Source: Paracoccaceae bacterium
GTDB lineage: Bacteria; Pseudomonadota; Alphaproteobacteria; Rhodobacterales; Rhodobacteraceae
Assembly: GCA_034111185.1 (NCBI GenBank)
Contig: JAWUXS010000026.1
Span: forward strand, 49,814-113,813
DNA: 64,000 bases
Reading direction: 5' to 3'
This document shows positions 19,624-28,679 of this stretch, piece by piece (position 1 is the stretch's first letter; each line of letters opens with the position of its first letter). The translations under genes and the position numbers were made by a program. The notes under the pieces are model-generated. The model was not told the DNA's origin, did not search any database, and saw only the letters and a list, made by a program, of their open reading frames with translations.

Positions 19624-21213
19624 ATGTTCCGTAAATTGTTGAACCAAAGACCCAGCATGCACCTGTTCAGCTTGGTCGCGCTGATCTGTCTTTATAATCT
19701 GATCGTGTTCCAAGGTCCGCTGCTTGCTTATGCGATGTCCGTGTCTGAATGGGACTTTTACGGCGCGATGCAAATTGGATCGCTACAGGTCTTGCAGCTT
19801 GGGTTGTTGGGTGCATTTCTGTTGTTACTTGCTGCCTTCTCGCAGCACTTGATGAAAATCGTATCTGTGTTGTTTTTGATGGCGAACGCTTCAGCACTTT
19901 ATTTCATGAACACCTACAATATTGAGATTGATCTCGCGCTTATTGGAAACATTCTGGATACTGATACACGCGAAGTGTCAGAGCTTTGGCACTGGATGAT
20001 CTGGGTATACATCGGCGTCTTTGGTGCCATTCCAAGCCTTGCGATTTGGTTTGTCCGCATGCGAATGCCACGCGTTTGGCTGCGGTTGGCCGCACCGTTC
20101 GCAGTCTTTGGCACGCTTTTGGCGCTGTTATTTGCGACGTCTTTCACTTGGCTTTGGTATGACCAGCACGCCACGCGCATGGGCGGGCGGATATTGCCGT
20201 GGTCCTATATTGTGAACGTTGGCCGACACTATAACAAAGCCGCGCTAAGGGACCGCGAACAGGTTCTTTTGCCAGATGCGACGTTCCTGTCAGAACCTGC
20301 GCAAAAACAGATCGTCGTCTTGGTAATCGGCGAAGCTGCGCGAGCGGAAAACTTTGCCCATTACGGTTACCCACGCGACACCAATCCGTACACGATGGAA
20401 ACGTCGATTGTGGTTCTGCCGGTTGGAAATTCTTGTGCAACTTACACAGTTGGCGGCACCGCATGTATCACGACCCACGAGGGGCGCGAGGCACCAGCAC
20501 GCACAACGTTTGAACCGCTGGCAAGCTATTTAACACGCCATGATGTTGAAACGATTTGGCGGACCAACAGCAGTGGCACACCGCCTTTTACAGCAACAGT
20601 TAAGCAAAGCGCGCGCGAGATTGCCGAAGGCTGCACCGACGCGGTGTGCCCCCAAGCAAATCTGGACGAGGCATTGATCTACGGCTTGGGCGATATGCTG
20701 GCGGCGTCTGACGCAGATCGCATCTTTGTGGCACTGCATCAGACGGGCAGCCATGGCCCAAGTTATTACAAGAAATACCCGTCCGACTTTGCGCATTTCA
20801 TGCCGGAATGCAGGACTGTGCAGGTGTCAAAGTGTTCGGTGGACGCGCTGTACAACGCCTATGACAACACGATCCGGTACACCGATTTCCTACTGTCAGA
20901 GTTGATCGCACAGTTAGATGCCGTGCCAAATGCGCAGGCCGTAATGATGTATACATCCGATCACGGGCAATCGCTGGGCGAACATGGGTTTTACCTGCAT
21001 GGCACGCCGCCTGCGGTCGCACCCGAACAGCAGCGGCGCGTGCCATATCTTGTCTGGATGTCGCAAGGGTTTCAGAACGCGCGGGGATTAAGTGCTGCTG
21101 ATGTCATTCCCGATGAAAGCTTCCCCCATGATTTTCCGTTTCATTCGGTCATGGGCGCATTTGAAATGCGCAGCGATATTTACAAACCCGAGTACGATAT
21201 ATTTGCTAACTAA
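19624..21213 (+). CDS. eptA: phosphoethanolamine--lipid A transferase (EptA/MCR family)
   Basis: 5 N-terminal TM helices plus sulfatase-like domain: VLVIGEAAR, SCATYT (catalytic Thr), HQTGSHGP, NAYDNTI, SDHGQSLGEHGFYLHG. Confidence 0.88.
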   Translation: MFRKLLNQRPSMHLFSLVALICLYNLIVFQGPLLAYAMSVSEWDFYGAMQIGSLQVLQLGLLGAFLLLLAAFSQHLMKIVSVLFLMANASALYFMNTYNIEIDLALIGNILDTDTREVSELWHWMIWVYIGVFGAIPSLAIWFVRMRMPRVWLRLAAPFAVFGTLLALLFATSFTWLWYDQHATRMGGRILPWSYIVNVGRHYNKAALRDREQVLLPDATFLSEPAQKQIVVLVIGEAARAENFAHYGYPRDTNPYTMETSIVVLPVGNSCATYTVGGTACITTHEGREAPARTTFEPLASYLTRHDVETIWRTNSSGTPPFTATVKQSAREIAEGCTDAVCPQANLDEALIYGLGDMLAASDADRIFVALHQTGSHGPSYYKKYPSDFAHFMPECRTVQVSKCSVDALYNAYDNTIRYTDFLLSELIAQLDAVPNAQAVMMYTSDHGQSLGEHGFYLHGTPPAVAPEQQRRVPYLVWMSQGFQNARGLSAADVIPDESFPHDFPFHSVMGAFEMRSDIYKPEYDIFAN

Positions 21214-22351
21214 GGTGGCGTAGCCCTGCGATAACGCCGCGTAGTTCGGCCAGTCCGCGAAGCCGTCCAATCATCGGATAACCGGGGAGTGCACCGCTGC
21301 CTGCGTCTGAAAGTAATTCGTGCCCGTGATCGGGGCGAAACGGGATTGGGCGGCCTGTATCCAGCAACACTTTGACGAGGGCAGGCATGTCAGTGTCGCC
21401 TTCCAAATGGGCCGCTTCTTCGAACGAGCCATCAGCGTCTTTGCGCACATTACGCAAATGGGCGAAATGGATGCGATCGGCGAATTGCTGTGCGATTGCG
21501 GGCACATCGTTTTTGGGGTTCGCGCCCAATGACCCTGCGCAAAGCGTCAGGCCGTTAGACTGGGCGTTCACGGCGTCCATAATCCATGCGATGTCATCGG
21601 CATCTGACACGATCCGCGGCAGTCCAAGGATATCGCGCGGTGGGTCATCAGGGTGGACACACATTTCCACACCCAGTTCTTCACAAGTTGGAATAACTTC
21701 CAGAAGGAAGCGTTTGTAATTGTTCCGCAAATCGAAGCGGTTGATGCCGTCGTATTGTGCAAGCGCTTGGCGAAGGCCTGCAACGTCATAGCGATCAAAG
21801 GCACCGGGTAATCCGGCCATAATCGACGCTAAAAGCAGCTCTTTGTCGGCATCAGTTGCGTGCTGAAACCACGCGTCGCCAGCGGCGATTGCATCTGTTG
21901 AATAGTCATCGCGCGCAGCCCCCCGACCTAACATGTGGATTTCAAAAGCAGCCATGCGGGGCGCTGAAAATCGCAGACACTTGCCACCGTTTGCGACGGG
22001 CGCTTGTAGGTCTGTACGGGTCCAATCAAGGACGGGCATAAAGTTATAGCAAATCGTTTTCACGCCCTCAGCGGCGAGGTTGGCAAGGGATTGACGGTAG
22101 TTCGCGAATAACGTGGGTAGATCGCCGTCACCGCGCTTGATCGCCTCGTGGATTGGCAGGCTTTCAACCACATTCCAAGTAAATCCAGCGGCGGCAATCT
22201 CATCGCGGTGGGCGGCGATGCGGTCGCGTGACCAGACCTCGCCATAAGGAATATCGTGGAGTGACGACACGATGCCAGATGCGCCAGTTTGGGCGATTTC
22301 GGGCAGGGTGATTTCGTCAAATTCGCCGTACCAACGCCAGCTCTCGATCAT
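21206..22351 (-). CDS. uxuA: mannonate dehydratase
   Basis: WRWYG, VVESLP, CYNFMPVLDWTRT, HPDDPP, HLRNV, RPDHG, GRLRGLAE. Confidence 0.95.
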   Translation of the reverse strand: MIESWRWYGEFDEITLPEIAQTGASGIVSSLHDIPYGEVWSRDRIAAHRDEIAAAGFTWNVVESLPIHEAIKRGDGDLPTLFANYRQSLANLAAEGVKTICYNFMPVLDWTRTDLQAPVANGGKCLRFSAPRMAAFEIHMLGRGAARDDYSTDAIAAGDAWFQHATDADKELLLASIMAGLPGAFDRYDVAGLRQALAQYDGINRFDLRNNYKRFLLEVIPTCEELGVEMCVHPDDPPRDILGLPRIVSDADDIAWIMDAVNAQSNGLTLCAGSLGANPKNDVPAIAQQFADRIHFAHLRNVRKDADGSFEEAAHLEGDTDMPALVKVLLDTGRPIPFRPDHGHELLSDAGSGALPGYPMIGRLRGLAELRGVIAGLRHLS

Positions 22352-23733
22352 GCGGTGATGCTTTCTATTGTGGCCCGCGCACCTTTGGCGACAAGGGTAT
22401 TGTAGATGTCCGTCAGTGGGACTTTGACTTGCGCGGCAAGGTCGACGTCAAAGACTGTGCGTTGGTTTAGGATCGCCGCAACAGGGTCATCCGATGCGTG
22501 GCAAGCTGCAAGGTCTGCAGCAAATGGGTCGCGTACGTCAATCGGATTGCCCGCCTCATCGGTGCCGCCGACATAACGGATCCAAGCAGCCACCACCAAA
22601 AGCAGGCCAGTCACATCGCGCCCACTATCTAGGCCATCACGCAGGGTGCCAAGAATGCGTTGCGGCAGCTTTTGGCTGCCGTCCATCGCAATCTGCCACG
22701 TCGCATGTTGGATGGCTGGGTTTTGATAACGCGCCATCAACGCACCTGCGTAAACATGCAGATCAACGCCGTCAGGTGGTGGGACGCTTGGGATAATGTG
22801 ATCGTTCCAAAGATGTTTAAGGAAGGCCGCAAACACCGGATCGGCTGCCGCTTGGGACACGTATTGATGCCCCGCAAGATACCCGAGGTACGCAATGGCC
22901 GAGTGTGTGCCATTGAGCATCCGCAATTTCATCGCCTCAAACGGGGCAACGTCGCTGACCAATTGGGCGCCAACGGTATCTAGGGCGGGGCGGCCTTGGG
23001 GGAAATCATCCTCGATCACCCATTGGCGAAATGGCTCGTGCATGACAGGTGCGGCGTCATGTTGGCCTGTTTGTGCGTGTAGATTTACGATATCATCTGG
23101 GGTTGTTGCGGGCACAATCCGGTCGATCATCGTGCTTGGAAAGGCCACGTTGTGTGCAATCCAATCGGCAAGATCTGGATCAATCTTGTGGGCCAGCGCG
23201 ATGGTGACCGCGCGTGTGACCTTGCCGTTATCTGGCAAATTGTCACAAGACATTACTGTGAACGCGGGATCACCATTTGATCTGCGCATCTGCAATGCGC
23301 GCACCAAATACCCAGGCGCAGAGCGGGGTAGTTTGTGCGCGATATCGTGCAAAATGTCTGGGTTGTTTGGGTTCAACGCGCCTGCGGCGGGATCGTGGCA
23401 GTAGCCTTTTTCGGTGACGGTCAGGCTGACAATTTTGATAGCAGGATCGGCCATGTGTTGCAGGACTGCGGACGGGTTTTCAGGGGCAACAAGAACCGTG
23501 CTGAGGTTTTCAATAACGCGCGGTGTGATGCCATCCGTGCCCATTTCAGCGGCGGTATACACCCAGTCTTGGCCAGCAAGTGCGTCGCGGGTTTGTGGGC
23601 TGCGCAGGCTAACCCCGATCACGCCCCAGTCGCCGCTGGCCTCAGCTATCCAAGGGATGCCAAATGCGCGAAAGAATGCACCAAGCCCTAGGTGAACAAT
23701 TGCAGTGGGAGGGGAGGGTTTTGTGCGGATCAT
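22348..23733 (-). CDS. uxuB: mannitol dehydrogenase family, D-mannonate oxidoreductase
   Basis: VHLGLGAF, TVTEKGY, SCDN, MIDRIVP, KLRMLNGTHS, QIAMDGSQKLPQR; lies between uxaC and uxuA. Confidence 0.85.
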   Translation of the reverse strand: MIRTKPSPPTAIVHLGLGAFFRAFGIPWIAEASGDWGVIGVSLRSPQTRDALAGQDWVYTAAEMGTDGITPRVIENLSTVLVAPENPSAVLQHMADPAIKIVSLTVTEKGYCHDPAAGALNPNNPDILHDIAHKLPRSAPGYLVRALQMRRSNGDPAFTVMSCDNLPDNGKVTRAVTIALAHKIDPDLADWIAHNVAFPSTMIDRIVPATTPDDIVNLHAQTGQHDAAPVMHEPFRQWVIEDDFPQGRPALDTVGAQLVSDVAPFEAMKLRMLNGTHSAIAYLGYLAGHQYVSQAAADPVFAAFLKHLWNDHIIPSVPPPDGVDLHVYAGALMARYQNPAIQHATWQIAMDGSQKLPQRILGTLRDGLDSGRDVTGLLLVVAAWIRYVGGTDEAGNPIDVRDPFAADLAACHASDDPVAAILNQRTVFDVDLAAQVKVPLTDIYNTLVAKGARATIESITA

Positions 23734-25136
23734 AGGCGATATGCCTCTTTAGCGAGGCGGTAACTCAGATCGTGGGCAACCTCATAGGCATCTTCGCGAG
23801 CAAGCCTGCCCGTACAGACCAAATCTGCAAGATAGGCGCAATCTACGCGACGTGCGACGTCATGACGTGCTGGGATTGAACACAATGCGCGTGTGTCGTC
23901 GTTGAAGCCCACAGTGTTGTAAAAGCCAGCGGTTTCTGTCGTCGCTTTGCGGTAGCGGCGCATGCCGTCGGGGCTGTCAAAGAACCACCACGCTGGGCCC
24001 AGCTTAAGCGCGGGGTAGACGCCAGCAAGCGGGGCAAGTTCACGGGCATAGCTGCTTTCGTCGAGTGTAAACATGATCAGGATTAAGCGTGGATCGGTAC
24101 CAAACGCATCTAACAACGGCCTAAGCGCGTGGACGTAATCGACACGTTTGGGAATATCAAAGCCCTTATCGCGACCATGAATGGCTTGAATGCTATCCGC
24201 GTGGTTCCGGTATGATCCAGGATGAAGCTGCATTACGAGCCCGTCATCAATGCTCATCCTTGCCATTTCGGTCAGCATTTGGGCGCGGAATAGCTGTGCA
24301 TCGTCGGGCGTCGCGTGGCCGTTACGAATACGGTCAAATAGGGCGGCCGCATCTTGGGTGTTTAGGTTGGCCGTTTGCGGATCGGGATGGCCGTGATCTG
24401 TGGCCGTCGCGCCATTTACGATGAAATATGCGCGGCGTTTACGGTGTGCCGCAAGATAGCCCTGCCAGCTTTTGGTGTCTTCGTTCGTCATTTCGCCCAA
24501 GGCATCAAGGGACGCCTGAAACCCCGGCGTTTCGGGGTCGATAGTCGCATCGGGGCGGTATGTCGGAACGACACGGCCCATCCACCCTGATGCCTTAATC
24601 GCTTGGTGGTGCGCGAGCGGGTCAAGTGCTGCGTCGGTTGTGGCCAGAACCTCAATCTTGAAGCGTTCAAAAAGAGAGCGGGGGCGGAATGCCGTTGTGG
24701 CTAGGGCAGTATTGATCTGATCATATACCGCATCAGCCGTTTTGGAATTCAGTGGGTCTTTGATGTCGAATACGTTTTCTAGCGCGTGGTCGATCCACAT
24801 CCGCGAAGGTGTTGCGCGAAACAGGTGGTAATTGTCTGCAAACAGCCGCCAGATTGCACGGCCATCCGTTTGGACGACAGTGCCATCGGCGCGTGGAACA
24901 CCAAGCGCATCAAGCGGGATGCCTTGGGAAAACAGCATCCGAAACACGTAGTGGTCTGGCGTCACAAACAGCTGGGCTGCATCTGGGAATGCAGCATTGT
25001 CTGCGAACCACGCGGGATCGGTGTGACCATGCGGGCTGATAATCGGCAGGTGTTCCACGGATTCGTATAGGTCGCGGGCAAGGTGGCGGACCATGCTGTC
25101 CATTGGAAAAAGGCGATTGGGGTCTAGCACGGGCAT
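23730..25136 (-). CDS. uxaC: glucuronate isomerase
   Basis: LPIISPHGH, PDHYVFRM, TDHGH, GPAWWF, GFNDDTRA, RHDVARR. Confidence 0.95.
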   Translation of the reverse strand: MPVLDPNRLFPMDSMVRHLARDLYESVEHLPIISPHGHTDPAWFADNAAFPDAAQLFVTPDHYVFRMLFSQGIPLDALGVPRADGTVVQTDGRAIWRLFADNYHLFRATPSRMWIDHALENVFDIKDPLNSKTADAVYDQINTALATTAFRPRSLFERFKIEVLATTDAALDPLAHHQAIKASGWMGRVVPTYRPDATIDPETPGFQASLDALGEMTNEDTKSWQGYLAAHRKRRAYFIVNGATATDHGHPDPQTANLNTQDAAALFDRIRNGHATPDDAQLFRAQMLTEMARMSIDDGLVMQLHPGSYRNHADSIQAIHGRDKGFDIPKRVDYVHALRPLLDAFGTDPRLILIMFTLDESSYARELAPLAGVYPALKLGPAWWFFDSPDGMRRYRKATTETAGFYNTVGFNDDTRALCSIPARHDVARRVDCAYLADLVCTGRLAREDAYEVAHDLSYRLAKEAYRL

Positions 25137-25223
25137 CGTTAGTCCTTGCGATCAGGGCAAATACTTATGGTTTCAAAAGTTTATGCTTAACCATGCGCAA
25201 AGAACAATGGGCATCATAAAAGC

Positions 25224-25249
25224 AAAAGCCCGCTACAAGAGCGGGCTTT
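25224..25249 (-). terminator. rho-independent terminator of the aldehyde dehydrogenase gene
   Basis: AAAAGCCCGCT-ACAAG-AGCGGGCTTT. Confidence 0.75.
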
Positions 25250-25274
25250 GTACATTTCGATTGTCGCGCTGGTG

Positions 25275-26726
25275 TTAGCTAGGTGTGCCAGAGGAGATGT
25301 ATGACGTTTTCACGATTGTATAGAACTCGGCTGCTGCGGTGCCTTGTTCGCGTGGACCATAAGAGCTGTCACCGCGACCGCCGAATGGAACATGGTAGTC
25401 GGTGCCTGCTGTTGGCAGGTTCACCATGACGCAGCCTGTTTTCGCGTTACGACGGAAGTGTGTCGCGCGGGCAAGGTTTGTTGTCACGATGCCAGACGTC
25501 AGGCCAAAGTTAGTGTCATTCACGAGGGTAAGTGCCTCGTCGTAGCCGTCAACTTTGATCACACAGGCCAATGGGGCGAACATCTCTTCGCGGTTGATGC
25601 GCATGTCGTTTGTCGTGCCCGCAAAAACACCGGGTGACATGTAGTAGCCATCTGTCGGCATCTCGAGGCGCTGACCGCCGCAAAGCAATTCAGCGCCCTC
25701 GGTTGCAGCAAGGTCAACATACGCGAGGTTCTCGTTCAACTGCTGTTCGGACACGACGGGTCCGATCTGCGTGCCAGCCTCAAGCGCGTGGCCGACTTTC
25801 ATCGCCTTTGCGCCTGCGACCAGCTTTTCGACGAATGCGTCGTGGATTGATGCGTGTACGATAAGACGTGAAGATGCTGTGCATTTCTGGCCCGATCCGC
25901 CGAACGCACCGCCCAAAGCAAGCGTGACCGCAAGGTCGAGATTAGCGTCGTCCATAACAGCAAGCGCGTTCTTTGATCCCATTTCCATCTGCACGCGGGT
26001 CAGGTTGCCAATGGCTGCGGCGGCGATGCCTTTGCCAACTGGGACCGAGCCGGTAAAGCTGATTGCGTTGACCTTAGGGGATTCAACAAGGCGCTGACCA
26101 ATCGCACTGCCCGCGCCCATGACCAAAGACACAAGGCCCTTCGGGATGTCTTGGCGGGATATGATTTCGACCAATGCAACAGCAGAGGCTGGTGTCACAT
26201 TTGCAGGCTTCCAGACGACCGCATTGCCATAGCAAAGTGCTGGCGCGATTTTCCAAGATGCTGTGGCCGTTGGAAAGTTCCAAGGCGAGATGATTGCAAC
26301 AACGCCGACGGCTTCGCGACGCACATCGATTTCGATGTCTGGGCGGACTGAATCGGCTGTATCGCCCATCTGGCGCAGTGTTTCGGCGGCGTAATAGGTA
26401 AAGAACTGACCCGCGCGGTAAACTTCGCCTTTGCCTTCTGCGATTGGCTTGCCCTCTTCCCGAGCGAGCAATGTGCCGAGCTCTTCTGCGCGCGACATCA
26501 TCTCGTTTCCGATGGCCATCAGAACGTTGTATTTACGCTCAATTCCGTAGGCTTCCCATTCGGCCTGGGCGATGCGGGCTTGGTCGAGGGTAGCTTCGAG
26601 TTGGTCAGGCGTCGCCTGAGCGAACATGCCGATCAAGTCGCTAAGATCAGAAGGATTGCGGTTTTCGATCTGAGAGCCGCCATCGACCCATGCGCCGGCG
26701 ATGTAGTTCTGGAAAGACTGAGACAT
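25275..26726 (-). CDS. aldehyde dehydrogenase (2,5-dioxovalerate/KGSA dehydrogenase-like)
   Basis: ISPWNFP, WKPA, FTGS, EMGSKN, GQKCT, EEMFAP, PFGG; start moved to MSQSF (AAGGA SD). Confidence 0.88.
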   Translation of the reverse strand: MSQSFQNYIAGAWVDGGSQIENRNPSDLSDLIGMFAQATPDQLEATLDQARIAQAEWEAYGIERKYNVLMAIGNEMMSRAEELGTLLAREEGKPIAEGKGEVYRAGQFFTYYAAETLRQMGDTADSVRPDIEIDVRREAVGVVAIISPWNFPTATASWKIAPALCYGNAVVWKPANVTPASAVALVEIISRQDIPKGLVSLVMGAGSAIGQRLVESPKVNAISFTGSVPVGKGIAAAAIGNLTRVQMEMGSKNALAVMDDANLDLAVTLALGGAFGGSGQKCTASSRLIVHASIHDAFVEKLVAGAKAMKVGHALEAGTQIGPVVSEQQLNENLAYVDLAATEGAELLCGGQRLEMPTDGYYMSPGVFAGTTNDMRINREEMFAPLACVIKVDGYDEALTLVNDTNFGLTSGIVTTNLARATHFRRNAKTGCVMVNLPTAGTDYHVPFGGRGDSSYGPREQGTAAAEFYTIVKTSYISSGTPS

Positions 26727-26854
26727 GAGTTGATCCTTTTTCTGCGTAAAAATTAGGCTTTTGCCGTTGCGGGCTTCGTATCTTGCGGGTCCAAATCTGC
26801 AAGCACTTATTGAGACGCCGAAATACGCATTCACGACATTCTAGGCGGTGGGGC

Positions 26855-26902
26855 TTGACGTGATACCTTTTGGTATCTATTGAGATGATACCAAAAGGTA
26901 TC
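26855..26902 (+). promoter_or_regulatory. sigma70 promoter overlapped by a tandem operator (probably ArsR autoregulation)
   Basis: TTGACG at 26855-60; GATACCTTTTGGTATC (26862-77) and GATACCAAAAGGTATC (26887-902). Confidence 0.7.
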
Positions 26903-26970
26903 GAAAGGGTGGTCGCAATGACGTTTTTCATGAGTAACATAAGTTCACGCTATGCCACAGGGGCAGGGGT

Positions 26971-27291
26971 ATGAGCGCGATGGAGCATATGGCGTTCCGC
27001 GCGCTTGCTGATCCGACGCGGCGCGAAATCCTGATGTTGCTGAAGCAAAGCGACATGACCATCGCAGAGGTGGCCGAAAATTTCCAGATGACGCGTGCGG
27101 CAATCAAAAAGCACCTGACCATCCTAAGTGACGGTGGCCTGATCGTGACCCGTGTCGAAGGCAGGGCGCGCATTAACGCGCTTGAACCGCAGGGCATGCA
27201 GCACGTTTTTGATTGGCTGAGTTATTTTGACACCTTCTGGGATGATCGCCTTTCTGCACTGAAACCCGCAATTGAAGAGGATATGAAATGA
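26971..27291 (+). CDS. ArsR/SmtB family transcriptional regulator
   Basis: FRALADPTRREIL, RAAIKKHLTIL, winged HTH; no metal-binding Cys. Confidence 0.9.
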   Translation: MSAMEHMAFRALADPTRREILMLLKQSDMTIAEVAENFQMTRAAIKKHLTILSDGGLIVTRVEGRARINALEPQGMQHVFDWLSYFDTFWDDRLSALKPAIEEDMK

Positions 27292-27701
27292 CTGACGCTG
27301 TTTTACGTAAAACCGTTTTCCTAAAGGCGAAACCAGAAGATGTCTGGGCCTATTTGACTGATCCAGACAAGCTTGGGATTTGGTTCCACAAGCCCAAGGC
27401 GCCGCTGGCGATGGGCGGCTACGAGATGTTCGGCGTTGAGAGTGGTGACCGTTTGATGTGGGGTGATGTCACAGTCTCGGACCCATTTTCGCATCTTGAG
27501 TATACGTTCACGATCACACCGATGGGCGATGCCGTTAGCACAGTTAAGTGGGAGCTATCCGAAATCCACGGGGGTACGCGCCTATCGCTTGAGCATTCAG
27601 GGCTACCACAAGCCGCCGAGGCGTTTGGCCTCACGCTCGCGCTGGATAAAGGATGGGACGATCACATCTGCCGGATGCGTCTTTCGATCCTCGGAGAGTA
27701 G
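27288..27701 (+). CDS. SRPBCC/AHSA1 domain protein
   Basis: VWAYLTDPDKL..W, GTRLSLEHSG, GWDDH; ATGA overlap with arsR. Confidence 0.87.
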   Translation: MTDAVLRKTVFLKAKPEDVWAYLTDPDKLGIWFHKPKAPLAMGGYEMFGVESGDRLMWGDVTVSDPFSHLEYTFTITPMGDAVSTVKWELSEIHGGTRLSLEHSGLPQAAEAFGLTLALDKGWDDHICRMRLSILGE

Positions 27702-27726
27702 GATGCCTGCTTGCTGATTTGACATG

Positions 27727-27760
27727 AAAAAGCCCGCCAAGACTGATGTCTGGCGGGCTT
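27727..27760 (-). terminator. rho-independent terminator of yccA (possibly bidirectional)
   Basis: AAAAAGCCCGCCA...TGGCGGGCTT. Confidence 0.8.
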
Positions 27761-27785
27761 AGTATTTCTAGCGCTAATCGCGTGA

Positions 27786-28505
27786 TTATTCGCGGTTACC
27801 GAACAACTGAAGCAACATCATGAACATGTTGATAAAGTTGATGTAGAGGCTAAGCGCGCCCATGATAGCTGACTTGGCCAGCCATTCTTCGTCGCTGTGC
27901 GCTGCATGTGAGACATAGTCAGTCTTGATGCGCTGTGTGTCGTAGGCTGTGAGGCCGGCAAAGATCAGCACGCCGATCATTGATACCGCATACATGATTG
28001 CAGGTGACTGCAGCCAGATGTTGACGACTGATGCAACGATCAGACCAATCACGCCCATGATCAGGAAGCTGCCCCAACCAGAGATGTCTTTTTTCGTGGT
28101 GTAGCCCCAAAGGGACAGACCAGCAAAAGCAACGGATGTGATCAAGAATACCTGAGCAATCGACATGCCAGTATAAATGGCGAAGATGTAGCTGATCGAG
28201 ATGCCCATCACCGTAGCGAAGACATAAAAGAACAGCTGTGCTGCTGCCGCTGACAGCTTGTTGATCATTGCGCCAAAGGCGAAGACCATAATCAGTGGTG
28301 CGAACATAACGACGTAGCGTGTCATGCCTGTGAACAGCGTCTGCATCAGTGCAGCGTTGTTGCCAACGGCCCAAGCTGCCGCGAAGGTCAGCAAAAGACC
28401 GACGGACATAGTGCCGTAAACTTTGTTCATGTGGGCGCGAAGACCCGCGTCGATGTCGGCCGTGCGAACGCCGCCCGCCGTACGAATGGATTGATATTCA
28501 GCCAT
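27786..28505 (-). CDS. Bax inhibitor-1/YccA family membrane protein
   Basis: IDAGLRAHMNKVY, GYTTKKD, GLTAYDTQRIK, GALSLY..FIN.F; GGAGG SD. Confidence 0.9.
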   Translation of the reverse strand: MAEYQSIRTAGGVRTADIDAGLRAHMNKVYGTMSVGLLLTFAAAWAVGNNAALMQTLFTGMTRYVVMFAPLIMVFAFGAMINKLSAAAAQLFFYVFATVMGISISYIFAIYTGMSIAQVFLITSVAFAGLSLWGYTTKKDISGWGSFLIMGVIGLIVASVVNIWLQSPAIMYAVSMIGVLIFAGLTAYDTQRIKTDYVSHAAHSDEEWLAKSAIMGALSLYINFINMFMMLLQLFGNRE

Positions 28506-28557
28506 GGATACCTCCAAGTAAAAGAACTGCGCACGCCGTTGTGGCGTATTGCGTTAG

Positions 28558-28586
28558 ATATTGGCAGGGTTCAGGCGTTTTTCAAG
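28558..28586 (-). promoter_or_regulatory. RpoH-type promoter of the YccA-family gene
   Basis: Minus strand CTTGAA-N16-CCAATAT. Confidence 0.5.
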
Positions 28587-28679
28587 GTCAGACAGGGGCA
28601 GTTTTTAGGTTTTCTGACCGATTTACGAAGGATTGTCGCAAATCGGTCAACGAATTGTAATCGTGGGACCAAATTGTCT

